From Bdellovibrionales bacterium (GTDB lineage Bacteria > Bdellovibrionota > Bdellovibrionia > Bdellovibrionales > UBA1609): a stretch of DNA of 64,000 nucleotides. Where the stretch lies: assembly GCA_965219095.1 (NCBI GenBank), contig OZ244719.1, forward strand, positions 96,001 to 160,000, read 5' to 3'. The notes under the pieces were generated by a model. That model worked only from the letters and a program-made list of their open reading frames with translations. It did not search any database and was not told the DNA's origin. The translations under genes and the position numbers were made by a program. The number at the start of each line of letters is the position of its first letter. Position 1 is the stretch's first letter. Shown here piece by piece: positions 1-9,652 of the stretch.

Positions 1-202
1 CAGAACAGATGAATCAAGGAAAAAACTCACTCAAGTTTTAGAAAGCCTTCTAAAAGATGTAAAACTCTTTAAATCTTGAAAATTATATAATTAACCATAG
101 TTTAAACTTTAATAAAGTTGGTCTTTATAAAAAAGGCAAACTCTTTATAAGAAGCAATGCTCAATCATTTTAATGAATGAGCAGTTCTGTAAGTTAAAAA
201 AA

Positions 203-225
203 CGGAAAACTTAAACGGAAGCACT
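203..225. repeat. Degenerate solitary terminal IR of the TAGTGCTTCCG-type IS630 element
   Basis: cggaaaacttaaacggaagcact closely matches the element ends at ~28448-28471 and ~40877-40899. Confidence 0.6.
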
Positions 226-237
226 GTATGTATTTCT

Positions 238-1757
238 GGCTCCTCCCGGGAATCTGTGGGTGAAAAGTAGTAGAAATCCCCCAAAAGAGCTCATATTAAT
301 CAAAGTAAGAGTAAGACATTCTATCTTGTATTTTTGAGTTCTTTGAGGCCCTTACTGGCCTCTATCACCTCCGGTGATTGAACTCAAAAACATTCATTTT
401 ATTTGCTTTTATTTGCTGTGTTACATTAAAATTTTAAAAAAGAAGCACCTACTTCCCAGATGCCTTAAAATGTTATTCAAAAAAAAAAAAAAGGAGGGAA
501 GAGATGCTTTTGAAGACTATACTAAATGATTGTTTAAGATGGAAGTCTTTTGTATACGGAGACATTTATTTTTCAAAAGATAGAAAGTCAATTAATGTTC
601 CTATTAAGGCTCGTAAAAATGGCCAAGCTTTTTGTAGTGTTTGTAAGAAGCCCTGTTCAGTGTATGACAGCAGTAAATCATCACGGGACTTTGAATCCCT
701 TCCTATTTTAAGTTACAGGGTGTTTTTTGTTTATTTTGTAAGAAGAGTTAATTGTTCTTGCTGTGGAGTAAAAGTTGAGTATTTACCTTGGGCAGATGGG
801 AAGAAAAACCTAACAATTTTTTACATGAAGTACTTAGCTGACTGGTGTCGTCACCTGTCTTGGAAAGAGGTTTCTTGTAAGTTTCATGTCAGTTGGAATC
901 AGGTCTATGCTTCGGTAGAATGGGTCGTAGAATATGGTTTAAAACAAAGGGTTTTAAAGGGAATACAAGCTATAGGTGTAGATGAAATACAATGGAAAAA
1001 GAACCATCAGTATCTCACCTTAGTCTATGAAATAAGCAAAGAAAGTGTTCGTTTGCTATGGATAGGAGAAAAAAGAACAGAAAAGAGTTTTAGAAAATTC
1101 TTTGATTTACTAGGAGAGAAGTCAAAAGATATACAGTTTGTGTGTTCTGATATGTGGAAGCCTTATTTAAAAGTCATAAAGGAGAGGGCAAGTGGAGCTT
1201 TACACATATTAGATCGGTTTCATATCGTAGCAAGACTCAATAAGGCTTTAGACGAAGTGAGAGCTTCAGAACACAAAAAAATGAAAGAAGACGGGTATGA
1301 ACCCCTTTTAACAAAAGCTAGATGGCCCTTGTTAAAAAATGCAGAAAATTTAAAATCTTATGAAAAAGTAAAATTAAGGCATTTAATACAGTACAATTTA
1401 AAAAGTATCCGCTGTTATTTTTTAAAAGAAGACTTCCGACAGTTATGGACCTATGTTTCACCAACTTGGGCTGGTAAATTTATAGACAGTTGGACGAAAC
1501 GAGTCATGCTTTCAAAAATTGAACCTATGAAAAGAGAAGCAAAAACCATACGAAGACATAAGCTACTTATTCTTAATTACTTCAAGGCTAAAAAAACCTT
1601 CTCCTCAGGGATTGTAGAGGGTTTAAACAACAAAGTAAAACTCACTATGAGAAAATCTTACGGCTTTAGAACCTCTAAAGCTATAAAAATCGCCTTATAT
1701 CATAACCTTGGAAAACTGCCAGAACCTCCGGGAACCCACAGATTCTTTTGAGGAGGC
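238..1757 (+). mobile_element. ISL3-family insertion sequence, complete copy 1
   Basis: Imperfect 23-bp IRs ggctcctcccgggaatctgtggg / cccacagattcttttgaggaggc; 8-bp TSD gtatttct at 230-237 and 1758-1765; near-identical copies at 45517 and 58473. Confidence 0.95.
504..1751 (+). CDS. ISL3-family transposase
   Basis: Zn-finger CSVC..CSCC, IGVDE, CSDMW, LDRFH and SGIVEGLNNKVK motifs; SD ggaggg. Confidence 0.95.
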   Translation: MLLKTILNDCLRWKSFVYGDIYFSKDRKSINVPIKARKNGQAFCSVCKKPCSVYDSSKSSRDFESLPILSYRVFFVYFVRRVNCSCCGVKVEYLPWADGKKNLTIFYMKYLADWCRHLSWKEVSCKFHVSWNQVYASVEWVVEYGLKQRVLKGIQAIGVDEIQWKKNHQYLTLVYEISKESVRLLWIGEKRTEKSFRKFFDLLGEKSKDIQFVCSDMWKPYLKVIKERASGALHILDRFHIVARLNKALDEVRASEHKKMKEDGYEPLLTKARWPLLKNAENLKSYEKVKLRHLIQYNLKSIRCYFLKEDFRQLWTYVSPTWAGKFIDSWTKRVMLSKIEPMKREAKTIRRHKLLILNYFKAKKTFSSGIVEGLNNKVKLTMRKSYGFRTSKAIKIALYHNLGKLPEPPGTHRFF

Positions 1758-1770
1758 GTATTTCTTAGCT

Positions 1771-2310
1771 TCACAAATGAGCTTTTGCTAAGTAAAGAGA
1801 GGATAACATAAGCCCATGAGAGTCCATTTTATCAAAAAGACAAAATAAACTTTCTATATCAACTAACTTTATAGAAATATCTTCAAAGGAATCTAATTTT
1901 TGTTTTCCTACTAGCTTGCAATTTTTAGCTAAAAATACATGAACTTTATTAGGTTGTAAAGCAGGATTGGGGTAATAAGATCCTATTTCTTTCATATCAT
2001 TAGTGCTGTAACCTGTTTCTTCCTCTAGTTCTCTTAAAGCCGATTGATAGCAATTTTCTTTCTGAATTTCAGCACTACCACCAGGAAGTTCTAAAAAACT
2101 ATTTCTTGCACCATGGCGGTATTGTTCAATAAGAATTACTTTGTTTTCAGAAGTAAGTGCTATAACATGAACCCAAGGATTTTTAAAATCTAAGATATAG
2201 TAGCCTGGCATTTTTTTCTTGTTAGGAAGTTCACAAACTTCCTTTTTAAAAGAAAACTGTTTAAGTTGTACAAGAATTTCAGATGATAAAATTCTCCACT
2301 TCATGTCCAT
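1771..2310 (-). CDS. NUDIX hydrolase (ADP-ribose pyrophosphatase-like)
   Basis: QYRH..LELPGG and Nudix box ALRELEEETGY. Confidence 0.9.
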   Translation of the reverse strand: MDMKWRILSSEILVQLKQFSFKKEVCELPNKKKMPGYYILDFKNPWVHVIALTSENKVILIEQYRHGARNSFLELPGGSAEIQKENCYQSALRELEEETGYSTNDMKEIGSYYPNPALQPNKVHVFLAKNCKLVGKQKLDSFEDISIKLVDIESLFCLFDKMDSHGLMLSSLYLAKAHL

Positions 2311-2821
2311 AATTCTTTCTCTGACATTAAAGGAACAAATTTTCTTTTGACTTGGTTTAATTTTTCAATATCTTTTAGCCTTTTCTGAAGAAAGTTTACT
2401 TTATGTGATAGGAAGCCTTGAGAAAAAAACCTATCAATATTTAAGGTACTAACTTCTAAAAAACACATGAAACACGAAAAAGCGAAAAAAGCATATGAAA
2501 AAGTTCTATTCTCTTTAAAGAGAAATATCAGAGAAGTTTCGTAATTACAAAAGCCCAGACTTCTTTTGTTAGAACCCAAACCTAATTTTTTAGCTTTACA
2601 CACTTTAATGAAAATATCTATATCCTTTTTAAGATCCATTTATTAAGAATTTCTAAAAATTTTGTTTTAAAAGTTAATTTTTGAGATGTTAAAAATTGTC
2701 TTAAAACTGTAAGCTTTCCTCCTATGATTAAATCTTCTGACCAAAGCGTTTTACGAACATAAAAGGAAAGATCTTTTGGAGGTTTTATGGGAAGGGAAAC
2801 AATACAAAAGCTCATAGTCAC
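2301..2821 (-). pseudogene. Degenerate, frameshifted RsmI-like (tetrapyrrole methylase fold) methyltransferase
   Basis: Two overlapping ORFs: IVSLPIKPPKDLS resembles the RsmI N-terminus (VATPIGN..DIS); GFCNYETSLI and SCFMCFLEVS..IDRFFSQGFLS resemble eroded GTPxxxDPG and SA...SG....F.F.GFLP motifs. Confidence 0.5.
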
Positions 2822-3339
2822 CTTTCCTTAGAGGAGTTTAAAGGGATGGGCTTAGCTCCAATGATAGTGCTATGGGGTTTTATACTTTTAACCACAACAG
2901 TATTAGCACCAATTCTTGAGTCATGCCCTATTGTAATGGGACCTAAAATTTTGCAACCCGCTCCCAACAAACAACGATCCTCAATAGTGGGATGCCTTTT
3001 TACAGGTTTTTTATGCCTCCCTCCTAAGGTTGTACCATGAAAAATCAAACAATCATCACCGATTTGAGTTGTTTCTCCAATAACAACACCCATTCCATGA
3101 TCGATGACAAGTCGTTTTCCTATCTGTGCTCCCGGATGGATTTCAATTCCTGTAAGAAAACGCCCTGCTTCACTAATCCATCGTGCTAAGAAAAAAAAAT
3201 TCATTCTCCAAAAAACATGGCTCATTCTGTAGAAAAAAATAGCCTTAGGGCCAGGATAGAGAATGAGGATTTCTAGTAAGGAATGAACTGAAGGATCATG
3301 GGTTCTATAAGCCTTTAGAAATTCAATAAGAGATTTCAT
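2818..3339 (-). CDS. cysE: Serine O-acetyltransferase
   Basis: DP..YPG, TGIEIHPGAQIG, IDHGMGVVIGET, KRHPTI hexapeptide motifs. Confidence 0.9.
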   Translation of the reverse strand: MKSLIEFLKAYRTHDPSVHSLLEILILYPGPKAIFFYRMSHVFWRMNFFFLARWISEAGRFLTGIEIHPGAQIGKRLVIDHGMGVVIGETTQIGDDCLIFHGTTLGGRHKKPVKRHPTIEDRCLLGAGCKILGPITIGHDSRIGANTVVVKSIKPHSTIIGAKPIPLNSSKER

Positions 3340-5144
3340 TTGAGAGTTTCTTTCAAGCTAAGTAAAGGTATGTATTCGGGGTAAAAATTAAGACCCTTTT
3401 CCAAAAAAGCTTTAGCTTTGGCTTGATTTTTTAGCTTCCAGTAAGTGTAGGCTAATCCTGAGATGACAGGAGGTTCAAGAGAAGAAAGATCATAAAAAAG
3501 TTTTTCAAATTGTTTTAACGCACAATCATAGTCTTTATTTTCATAACAAAAATTACCTTGGAAAAGATGAGGGAGTTTGCTCTTATGCGTTCGGTTCTCA
3601 TCTGAGGCTCCTCCTAAAACCACGCTGGCATCTAAGTTAAGATTTTGTTTTTTAAGAACATAGGAATAGAGAGCTTTTCCAAGAGGGTTGTGAGGATGCT
3701 CAGCTACTAAATTTTCGAAAAGTTTTTTAGCATCTTGAAAATTTCCTACTTTGAAATGACAGAAAGCAAAGAAAGTGTCTTTTAAAAAGGCTTTACTTAT
3801 TTTTTTCGATAAAGCTTTACAGGAATTAAAATATGTTCTCCATGAATAAAACTTTTGAAACACATTGAGGTTAGGGCGGTAATGTTCAGTAATTTCAGGA
3901 TCTGTGTCGAGAATTTTTAAAATGACCTGAGGTAATCTTGAGTTTTGGTTAGTACTTTCATAAATGAGTGCTGAGAAGAATAAAGCTTCTTGGTAAAAAC
4001 GACCCGGAGTTTCTATAAGAGATTCGAAAAAGATAAGACTTTGATTGAAATAAGTGAGATCCTTAAATTCTTTAGCTAATAAGAAATAAGTCATTCCATT
4101 TAAAAATTCTAACAGACGGGATGGTTTGTTGATTTTTTCTGCTTTTTGAAAAAAACCAAAAATTTCATTATACTTTCTATTTTGTAAATAAATGATGCCT
4201 GAGTTCACATAGGAGGAAAAATCTTTTTTTTCACTAAGAGCCTCTTTAAAGTAAGGAAGAGCTTTATCTTTTTGTCCATCGTAAAGATAGGATAAACCTA
4301 GGCCATTGAGAGCAAGATTTTTTTTGCCTTCTTGCTGTTTAGAGATTTTTTCAAATAAAGTACGAGCTTTAGTTGTTTGGTCATTATAAGCAAGAAGTCC
4401 AGCGTAAATTAAAGAAAATTCATCAACTTTTTCAGTCCCTCTATAGGCCTCATTGAAATGTTGTAGAGAATTTTTAAGATCTCCTTTTTTCCAATAAGTT
4501 AGTGCAAGCTGTTTGTGATTTTTCATGTTAGCTTTTTTAGTTTTAGGCTTTTCAAAACCTTGATAATAAAGGACAAAAACAAGTGTACATGCTACTATAA
4601 CAGCACTTAGAGAAAAAAGCCAAGTCAAACTTTTTTTTATTTCTTTAACTGATTCATCAGATCCTTCAAAATCAAAGGTATTGCCTTCTAAAGTTTCTTC
4701 TTGATCGGAAGGAGGTGGGGCTTTGCGAACTTTTTCTGTCTGATCTTGTTTGATGTTGTCAAGAATGTCTTGAGTTTGAGTTGTTTCTTTTAATATTTCT
4801 TCATCGGAAACCATTTTAACTAGAGTTTCACTGGAACTAGTGTTTCCTTCTATGTTTTTAGGTGTCTTTGTAATTTTTGTTTCATCAATTTTCGATTTGA
4901 TTTGTATAGTTTTGGTAAAATCTTTGTCTCCTTCCCGTACTTCTTTTAAGGCAGAAAACAATTCAGTCCATGTATAAATGGGCTTCCAAAACTTCATAGG
5001 AAGATTAGCTTCATCAGAAATTCTAAGCTCTTCTGACTTTATCTTCTCAATCAACTCTTTAGTGGAAAAAGGACCTAAAATATGCCTGTTTTGTTTTATA
5101 AGCCATATACGATGAGTAGGGTTGATGTGATGTTCTTTAGACAC
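3336..5144 (-). CDS. Membrane-anchored TPR protein with N-terminal GYF_2-like domain
   Basis: W....ILGPFS..EL N-terminal motif, one TM segment (LFSLSAVIVACTLVFVLYY), multiple TPR-like repeats. Confidence 0.7.
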   Translation of the reverse strand: MSKEHHINPTHRIWLIKQNRHILGPFSTKELIEKIKSEELRISDEANLPMKFWKPIYTWTELFSALKEVREGDKDFTKTIQIKSKIDETKITKTPKNIEGNTSSSETLVKMVSDEEILKETTQTQDILDNIKQDQTEKVRKAPPPSDQEETLEGNTFDFEGSDESVKEIKKSLTWLFSLSAVIVACTLVFVLYYQGFEKPKTKKANMKNHKQLALTYWKKGDLKNSLQHFNEAYRGTEKVDEFSLIYAGLLAYNDQTTKARTLFEKISKQQEGKKNLALNGLGLSYLYDGQKDKALPYFKEALSEKKDFSSYVNSGIIYLQNRKYNEIFGFFQKAEKINKPSRLLEFLNGMTYFLLAKEFKDLTYFNQSLIFFESLIETPGRFYQEALFFSALIYESTNQNSRLPQVILKILDTDPEITEHYRPNLNVFQKFYSWRTYFNSCKALSKKISKAFLKDTFFAFCHFKVGNFQDAKKLFENLVAEHPHNPLGKALYSYVLKKQNLNLDASVVLGGASDENRTHKSKLPHLFQGNFCYENKDYDCALKQFEKLFYDLSSLEPPVISGLAYTYWKLKNQAKAKAFLEKGLNFYPEYIPLLSLKETLK

Positions 5145-5156
5145 AAAATCTCCGTA

Positions 5157-6707
5157 TTAATGAAGGAAATACCTTTTTTTAGTTAAAATCATATTCATTT
5201 TTTTAGCTCTAATAAAGCTCTTTACTTTAGAGTCTTTTAAAGATCCACCTGGTTGAATAATGTACATTATATTTTCTTTTAAAGCGAGTTCTAAAGAATC
5301 AGTAAAAGGGAAAAATCCATCACTAGCTAGAACAACAGGAGTTTTGAGATTAGGATGGAGTGAGTTTTTTCTCAAGATAGCTTGGCGGACCGAATCAACA
5401 CGATTGACTTGTCCCATACCCAGACCTACAGTTTGTCCTTGAGAAACAAGACTTATGGCATTGCTCTTTAAATGAGCACAGACTTTTAATGCCAAAAGAA
5501 GATCATTTTTTAGGGATTTTGTCAACAGGGAGGGGATTTTTTCCCACTCACCTATGAGTTCAAATGTTGTATCATCCCAATCAATAGACTTGATAGAACT
5601 TTGTAACAAAGCTCCTCCTTCAATAGAACGAAATTCCATCTCCTTAACTGGTTTTTCCATTAAACCCTTCCATTCTAAAACTCGAAGATTTTTCTTTTGA
5701 GCTAAAAAAACCTTCGCCTCATCAAAGATATGAGGTGCTATAATACATTCTAAGAATAAAGAATTCAGTTGTCGAGCTATAGGAACAGAAATTTCTCCAT
5801 TCAAAGCAACAACCCCACCAAAGGCACTTACAGGATCGGCTTGAAAAGCTTTTTGGCTAGCTTTTTCAAGAGTATCTCCTATAGCTATTCCACAAGGATT
5901 GAGGTGTTTTACAACCACGCAACCATGGCTATAAAGAAATTCCCTTAAAGTTAAGATAGCGGCATTCAGATCAAGCAAGTTGTTATAACTAAGCGGCTTT
6001 CCTTGAAGAAGTTCTGCTTTGTGGAGACCTTGTGAGATATTTTGTTTTTTAAGCCATAAAGCTTTTTGTCCAGGATTTTCTCCATAGCGAAGTTCTCTAA
6101 TCTCTTCAAAATGTAAGTTCACTTCAGAGTTCTTCTCACTTTTTAAATAGTTGGAAATAGCTTTGTCATAATGAGATAGTTTTTGAAAAACTTTTACTGA
6201 AAGTTTTTTACGTTCTTTCAGATTAGGTTTTCTTTTAATTCTTTTATAATCTCTATAATCACAAACAACTGTAATACGTTCGTAGTTTTTAGCAGCAGCT
6301 CTTAAAAGAGTCGCTCCCCCTATATCAATATTTTCAATAAGCTGACTTTCGTGTTTAGTTTTTTTTAAAGTTTCCTCAAAGGGATAAAGATTGACAACTA
6401 CAAGATCAAATTTCTTCAGATTTTTTTGCTTTAAAAAAGCTTCATCCTCTTCGTATCCCTCTCTGGAAAGCAAGCCAGCATGAATATGGGGATGAAGTGT
6501 TTTCAATCTTCCTCCTAAAACCTCTGGAAAATCTGTGATCTCTTCAACTTGAGTAACCTTGAAGCCTTTGGATTTTAAAAATTGAAAGCTTCCTTGTGTG
6601 GCTATAATTTCCATGCCTTTGTCATAAAAAGGTTTTAAAAACACATCTAGATGGTCTTTTAAAGAAACGCTAACTAAAGCTCTCTTGAATGTATTTACTT
6701 CGTTCAT
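5157..6707 (-). CDS. purH: Bifunctional AICAR transformylase/IMP cyclohydrolase
   Basis: RALVSV, GRLKTLHP, ENIDIGG, LRYGENP, KHLNPCG, ASDGFFPF, IIQPGGS. Confidence 0.97.
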   Translation of the reverse strand: MNEVNTFKRALVSVSLKDHLDVFLKPFYDKGMEIIATQGSFQFLKSKGFKVTQVEEITDFPEVLGGRLKTLHPHIHAGLLSREGYEEDEAFLKQKNLKKFDLVVVNLYPFEETLKKTKHESQLIENIDIGGATLLRAAAKNYERITVVCDYRDYKRIKRKPNLKERKKLSVKVFQKLSHYDKAISNYLKSEKNSEVNLHFEEIRELRYGENPGQKALWLKKQNISQGLHKAELLQGKPLSYNNLLDLNAAILTLREFLYSHGCVVVKHLNPCGIAIGDTLEKASQKAFQADPVSAFGGVVALNGEISVPIARQLNSLFLECIIAPHIFDEAKVFLAQKKNLRVLEWKGLMEKPVKEMEFRSIEGGALLQSSIKSIDWDDTTFELIGEWEKIPSLLTKSLKNDLLLALKVCAHLKSNAISLVSQGQTVGLGMGQVNRVDSVRQAILRKNSLHPNLKTPVVLASDGFFPFTDSLELALKENIMYIIQPGGSLKDSKVKSFIRAKKMNMILTKKRYFLH

Positions 6708-8069
6708 CTAAAAAGAAACCTTTGAACTAAAAAATTTCCAGTCTTCGTTTTGCAAAATGATGCCGAAGCCTATGAAAGGACTATTTGACTTTCTTTCAAA
6801 AAACTCCATTCCACCCATCACATAAATGCCTTTGAAAGGGGAGTATTTGAGAAAGGATTTGACATTCAAGTTAGGGATACCGAAAGCTTCTATGGCAAAG
6901 AGAGCCTTGTTGTTAAAAAGATGAAGATCCATGGCCATTCCTGTTTGATTTTCAATCATTCCTCCTTTAAGAGAGAGGTTGTAAAAGTTTTTTGCAAGTA
7001 GAACGCTAAATTTTAATTTATCTTCTATGACAGTTTCTACCTCTCTTGAGATTTCACCGTTTTCATCTCTTCTAAGGGTTTGTTTTGTTTCTGCTGAACC
7101 TCTTGAGTCTTTGATAAGGTGAATTTCATACTGTCTATCCAAACCAGGTTGAAGTGTGATTCCTGCATAGGATTTAAAAGCACTTTCATTTGATAAATAC
7201 TCCGTATGAAAATCTAAATGAACATAGAACTGACTCCCGCCCCCTAAAAAAGTATTCACTTGATCAAGAGTTGTGTTGATTTTATCAGCTGTTTCTCCTT
7301 CGTTGACCAAACGAGATATAGTGCCATCTCCCTCGTTAATTTTTTCCGTAAACTCCTCTAAATTTTTTAAAGAATTGTCAATGTTCTCTAAACTGCTTGT
7401 TGCAGAATCCAATCCTGTCTGAAATTTAGCCACATTCTTGTTATTTAAAAAGCTACGTAAAGACTCTGTAACAATTTGTAAATTATCAATCACAGAATCA
7501 ATTTTTTCAGAATTCTTATCCACCACTTTATTAAGATTTTCAGACAACTCTTCTAAATTTAAAAGAAATCGTCCCAATACGGTCGCATTATCATGCTCTA
7601 CAGCCCTAATTAAAGTGTCTGCAAGTTTAGAAAAACCAGACAAACTTTTACTAAGTTCTTGAAGAGCTCCTTCCATGGAAAGACTTTGATAACTACGAAC
7701 TTTAATCTGAGAGTTTTCAGGAAGAGGGGGGGAGTTTACCACCAAAACAACCTCTACATGACGATCTCCTAAGATACCATTGGATTTGACTTCAACAAAG
7801 CTGTCCTTTGAGACCTTCACATAAGAGTCAAGACTGAATGTCACTTTAGCTTGATTTTTCTCTAAAGAGATATCTGTTATCTTACCAACAGGAATGCCTG
7901 CTGTTCTTACTAGACCTTCAGGCACTAATCCACTCGCATCTTCAATGAGAAACCAATAACTGTGAGAGCCTTTAAAAGAAATACGTTGAGAAACTTTTAA
8001 AGACAAGATCCCCGCCATCATGGCTCCTGTTAAAAATAAAATGCCTACTTTCCATTCTAAACTATTCAA
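6708..8069 (-). CDS. mlaD: MCE/MlaD family protein with long helical and C-terminal beta region
   Basis: N-terminal TM, DASGL..V..AGIPVG.I MCE motif, GILGDRHVE; adjacent to mlaF and mlaE. Confidence 0.85.
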   Translation of the reverse strand: MNSLEWKVGILFLTGAMMAGILSLKVSQRISFKGSHSYWFLIEDASGLVPEGLVRTAGIPVGKITDISLEKNQAKVTFSLDSYVKVSKDSFVEVKSNGILGDRHVEVVLVVNSPPLPENSQIKVRSYQSLSMEGALQELSKSLSGFSKLADTLIRAVEHDNATVLGRFLLNLEELSENLNKVVDKNSEKIDSVIDNLQIVTESLRSFLNNKNVAKFQTGLDSATSSLENIDNSLKNLEEFTEKINEGDGTISRLVNEGETADKINTTLDQVNTFLGGGSQFYVHLDFHTEYLSNESAFKSYAGITLQPGLDRQYEIHLIKDSRGSAETKQTLRRDENGEISREVETVIEDKLKFSVLLAKNFYNLSLKGGMIENQTGMAMDLHLFNNKALFAIEAFGIPNLNVKSFLKYSPFKGIYVMGGMEFFERKSNSPFIGFGIILQNEDWKFFSSKVSF

Positions 8070-8814
8070 TCTTCAACCCCTTTTCTAAAAACTTCCTTAC
8101 TAAAGATAAATCGGTCTTGTAAAATTCTTCTGGTGTCCCAGAAAGCAAAACCCTACCTTCATTGAGCATAGTTATATTATCACTAAAACGAAAGGCTGAG
8201 TATAGGTCATGGGAGACAATGATGGTTGTGCAATGGGTGTCTTTGTGGGTTTTGAGAATCAATTCATCGACAATCTCCGTCAAAACAGGATCTAAACCCG
8301 TTGTAGGCTCGTCATAGATAAGAATTTTAGGGTTTAAAGCTAAAGCGCGAGCTAAAGCCACTCGTTTTTTCATACCGCCACTGAGACTTGCGGGAAGTTT
8401 ATTATAGTGCTCTGCACTAATTCCTACTTGGCCCAGCTTATGCTGAGCTTGCTTAACAATTTCTTTTTGACTTAAAGATAAACGATGTTCCTTAAGAGGA
8501 AAGCAGACATTTTCAAGAGTACTCATACTGTCAAAAAGAGCTGAATTTTGAAAAAGCATGCCAAAAAAATGTCTTATGGCAATCATTTTTTCTTTTGAAA
8601 CATCTTGAAGCTTTTCTCCTAATACTTCAATGGATCCTGAAGTAGGAACAAGAAGACCTAAAATATGCTTTATAAGAACACTTTTTCCCGTCCCGCTAAA
8701 ACCAATGATAGATGTGATCTTATTCTCTTCAATGTCTAAGTTTACATCCTTTAAAACATAAGTTTTGTTATCAAAAGTTTTCTTAAGGTTTTTTATGGAA
8801 ATGATAGGCTTCAT
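8062..8814 (-). CDS. mlaF: ABC transporter ATP-binding protein, MlaF/Ttg2A type
   Basis: GFSGTGKS, FQNSALFDS, LSGGMKKRVALARA, YDEPTTGLDP. Confidence 0.92.
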   Translation of the reverse strand: MKPIISIKNLKKTFDNKTYVLKDVNLDIEENKITSIIGFSGTGKSVLIKHILGLLVPTSGSIEVLGEKLQDVSKEKMIAIRHFFGMLFQNSALFDSMSTLENVCFPLKEHRLSLSQKEIVKQAQHKLGQVGISAEHYNKLPASLSGGMKKRVALARALALNPKILIYDEPTTGLDPVLTEIVDELILKTHKDTHCTTIIVSHDLYSAFRFSDNITMLNEGRVLLSGTPEEFYKTDLSLVRKFLEKGLKIE

Positions 8815-8831
8815 ACAAACATTGAGTTCCT

Positions 8832-9638
8832 TTAATAATTTAGAAGTTGTGTGATAAAGCGAAAAATATTAGAAATAAAAAAGTTTAGAATAATGATCAC
8901 AACCATGCTATAGACAACTCCCTTGTTAGTGGCCTCCCCTACAGCTTTTGCACCTCCTACAGCATCCAAGCCTCTTTTGCAGCAAATAAGACAAAAGGTT
9001 AAACCAAAAAGGCTTGCTTTGATAAGACCTTCTATAATATCTTTTTTTTGGACCCAGTCTTGAATTCTAATCCAAAAAATGGCTTCATCTAAGCCTAAAA
9101 GAGTTGTACTCAAAATTTGAGCTGCAAAGATAGCTAGTACATCAAAAAGAGCACAAAGAATGGGAAGTGATAAAAAAGAAGCTACAAGACGAGGCATAAC
9201 AAGATACTGTTTGGGATTGACACTCATAACCTCTAGAGCATCAATTTGTTCAGAAACTTTCATAGCGCCTAATTGTGCTGCCATAGAACCTCCCGCACGT
9301 GAAGAAACCACAAGTCCTGTGAGTACAGGAGCAAGTTCTTTAAAAATACCTAAGGCCACAGTAGGCCCTACCAGACTGGAAGCATTCACAAGTGAAAAAC
9401 CTATGTAAATTTGGTAAGCTAAGGCCATCCCCGTAAAACAGGAAACAAGAGAAATGATTCCGAAAGATTGGTTTCCAATAAATTCTAATTGATAAAGAAT
9501 TTCCTTAAAACGAGAGGGCTTTGCAAAAATGGTTTTAACACTATCAACAAAGAAAAGACAAAGTCCTCCTGATTCTTGAATGAGACTTTGTATTTTTCGA
9601 CCTATCTCCTCAGGTACATACACAAGGACTTTCTGCAT
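8832..9638 (-). CDS. mlaE: ABC transporter permease MlaE
   Basis: ELAPVLTGL..RAG, MKVSEQIDALEVM, GAKAVGEAT. Confidence 0.92.
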   Translation of the reverse strand: MQKVLVYVPEEIGRKIQSLIQESGGLCLFFVDSVKTIFAKPSRFKEILYQLEFIGNQSFGIISLVSCFTGMALAYQIYIGFSLVNASSLVGPTVALGIFKELAPVLTGLVVSSRAGGSMAAQLGAMKVSEQIDALEVMSVNPKQYLVMPRLVASFLSLPILCALFDVLAIFAAQILSTTLLGLDEAIFWIRIQDWVQKKDIIEGLIKASLFGLTFCLICCKRGLDAVGGAKAVGEATNKGVVYSMVVIIILNFFISNIFRFITQLLNY

Positions 9639-9652
9639 AGAGCTTTAGGCTA

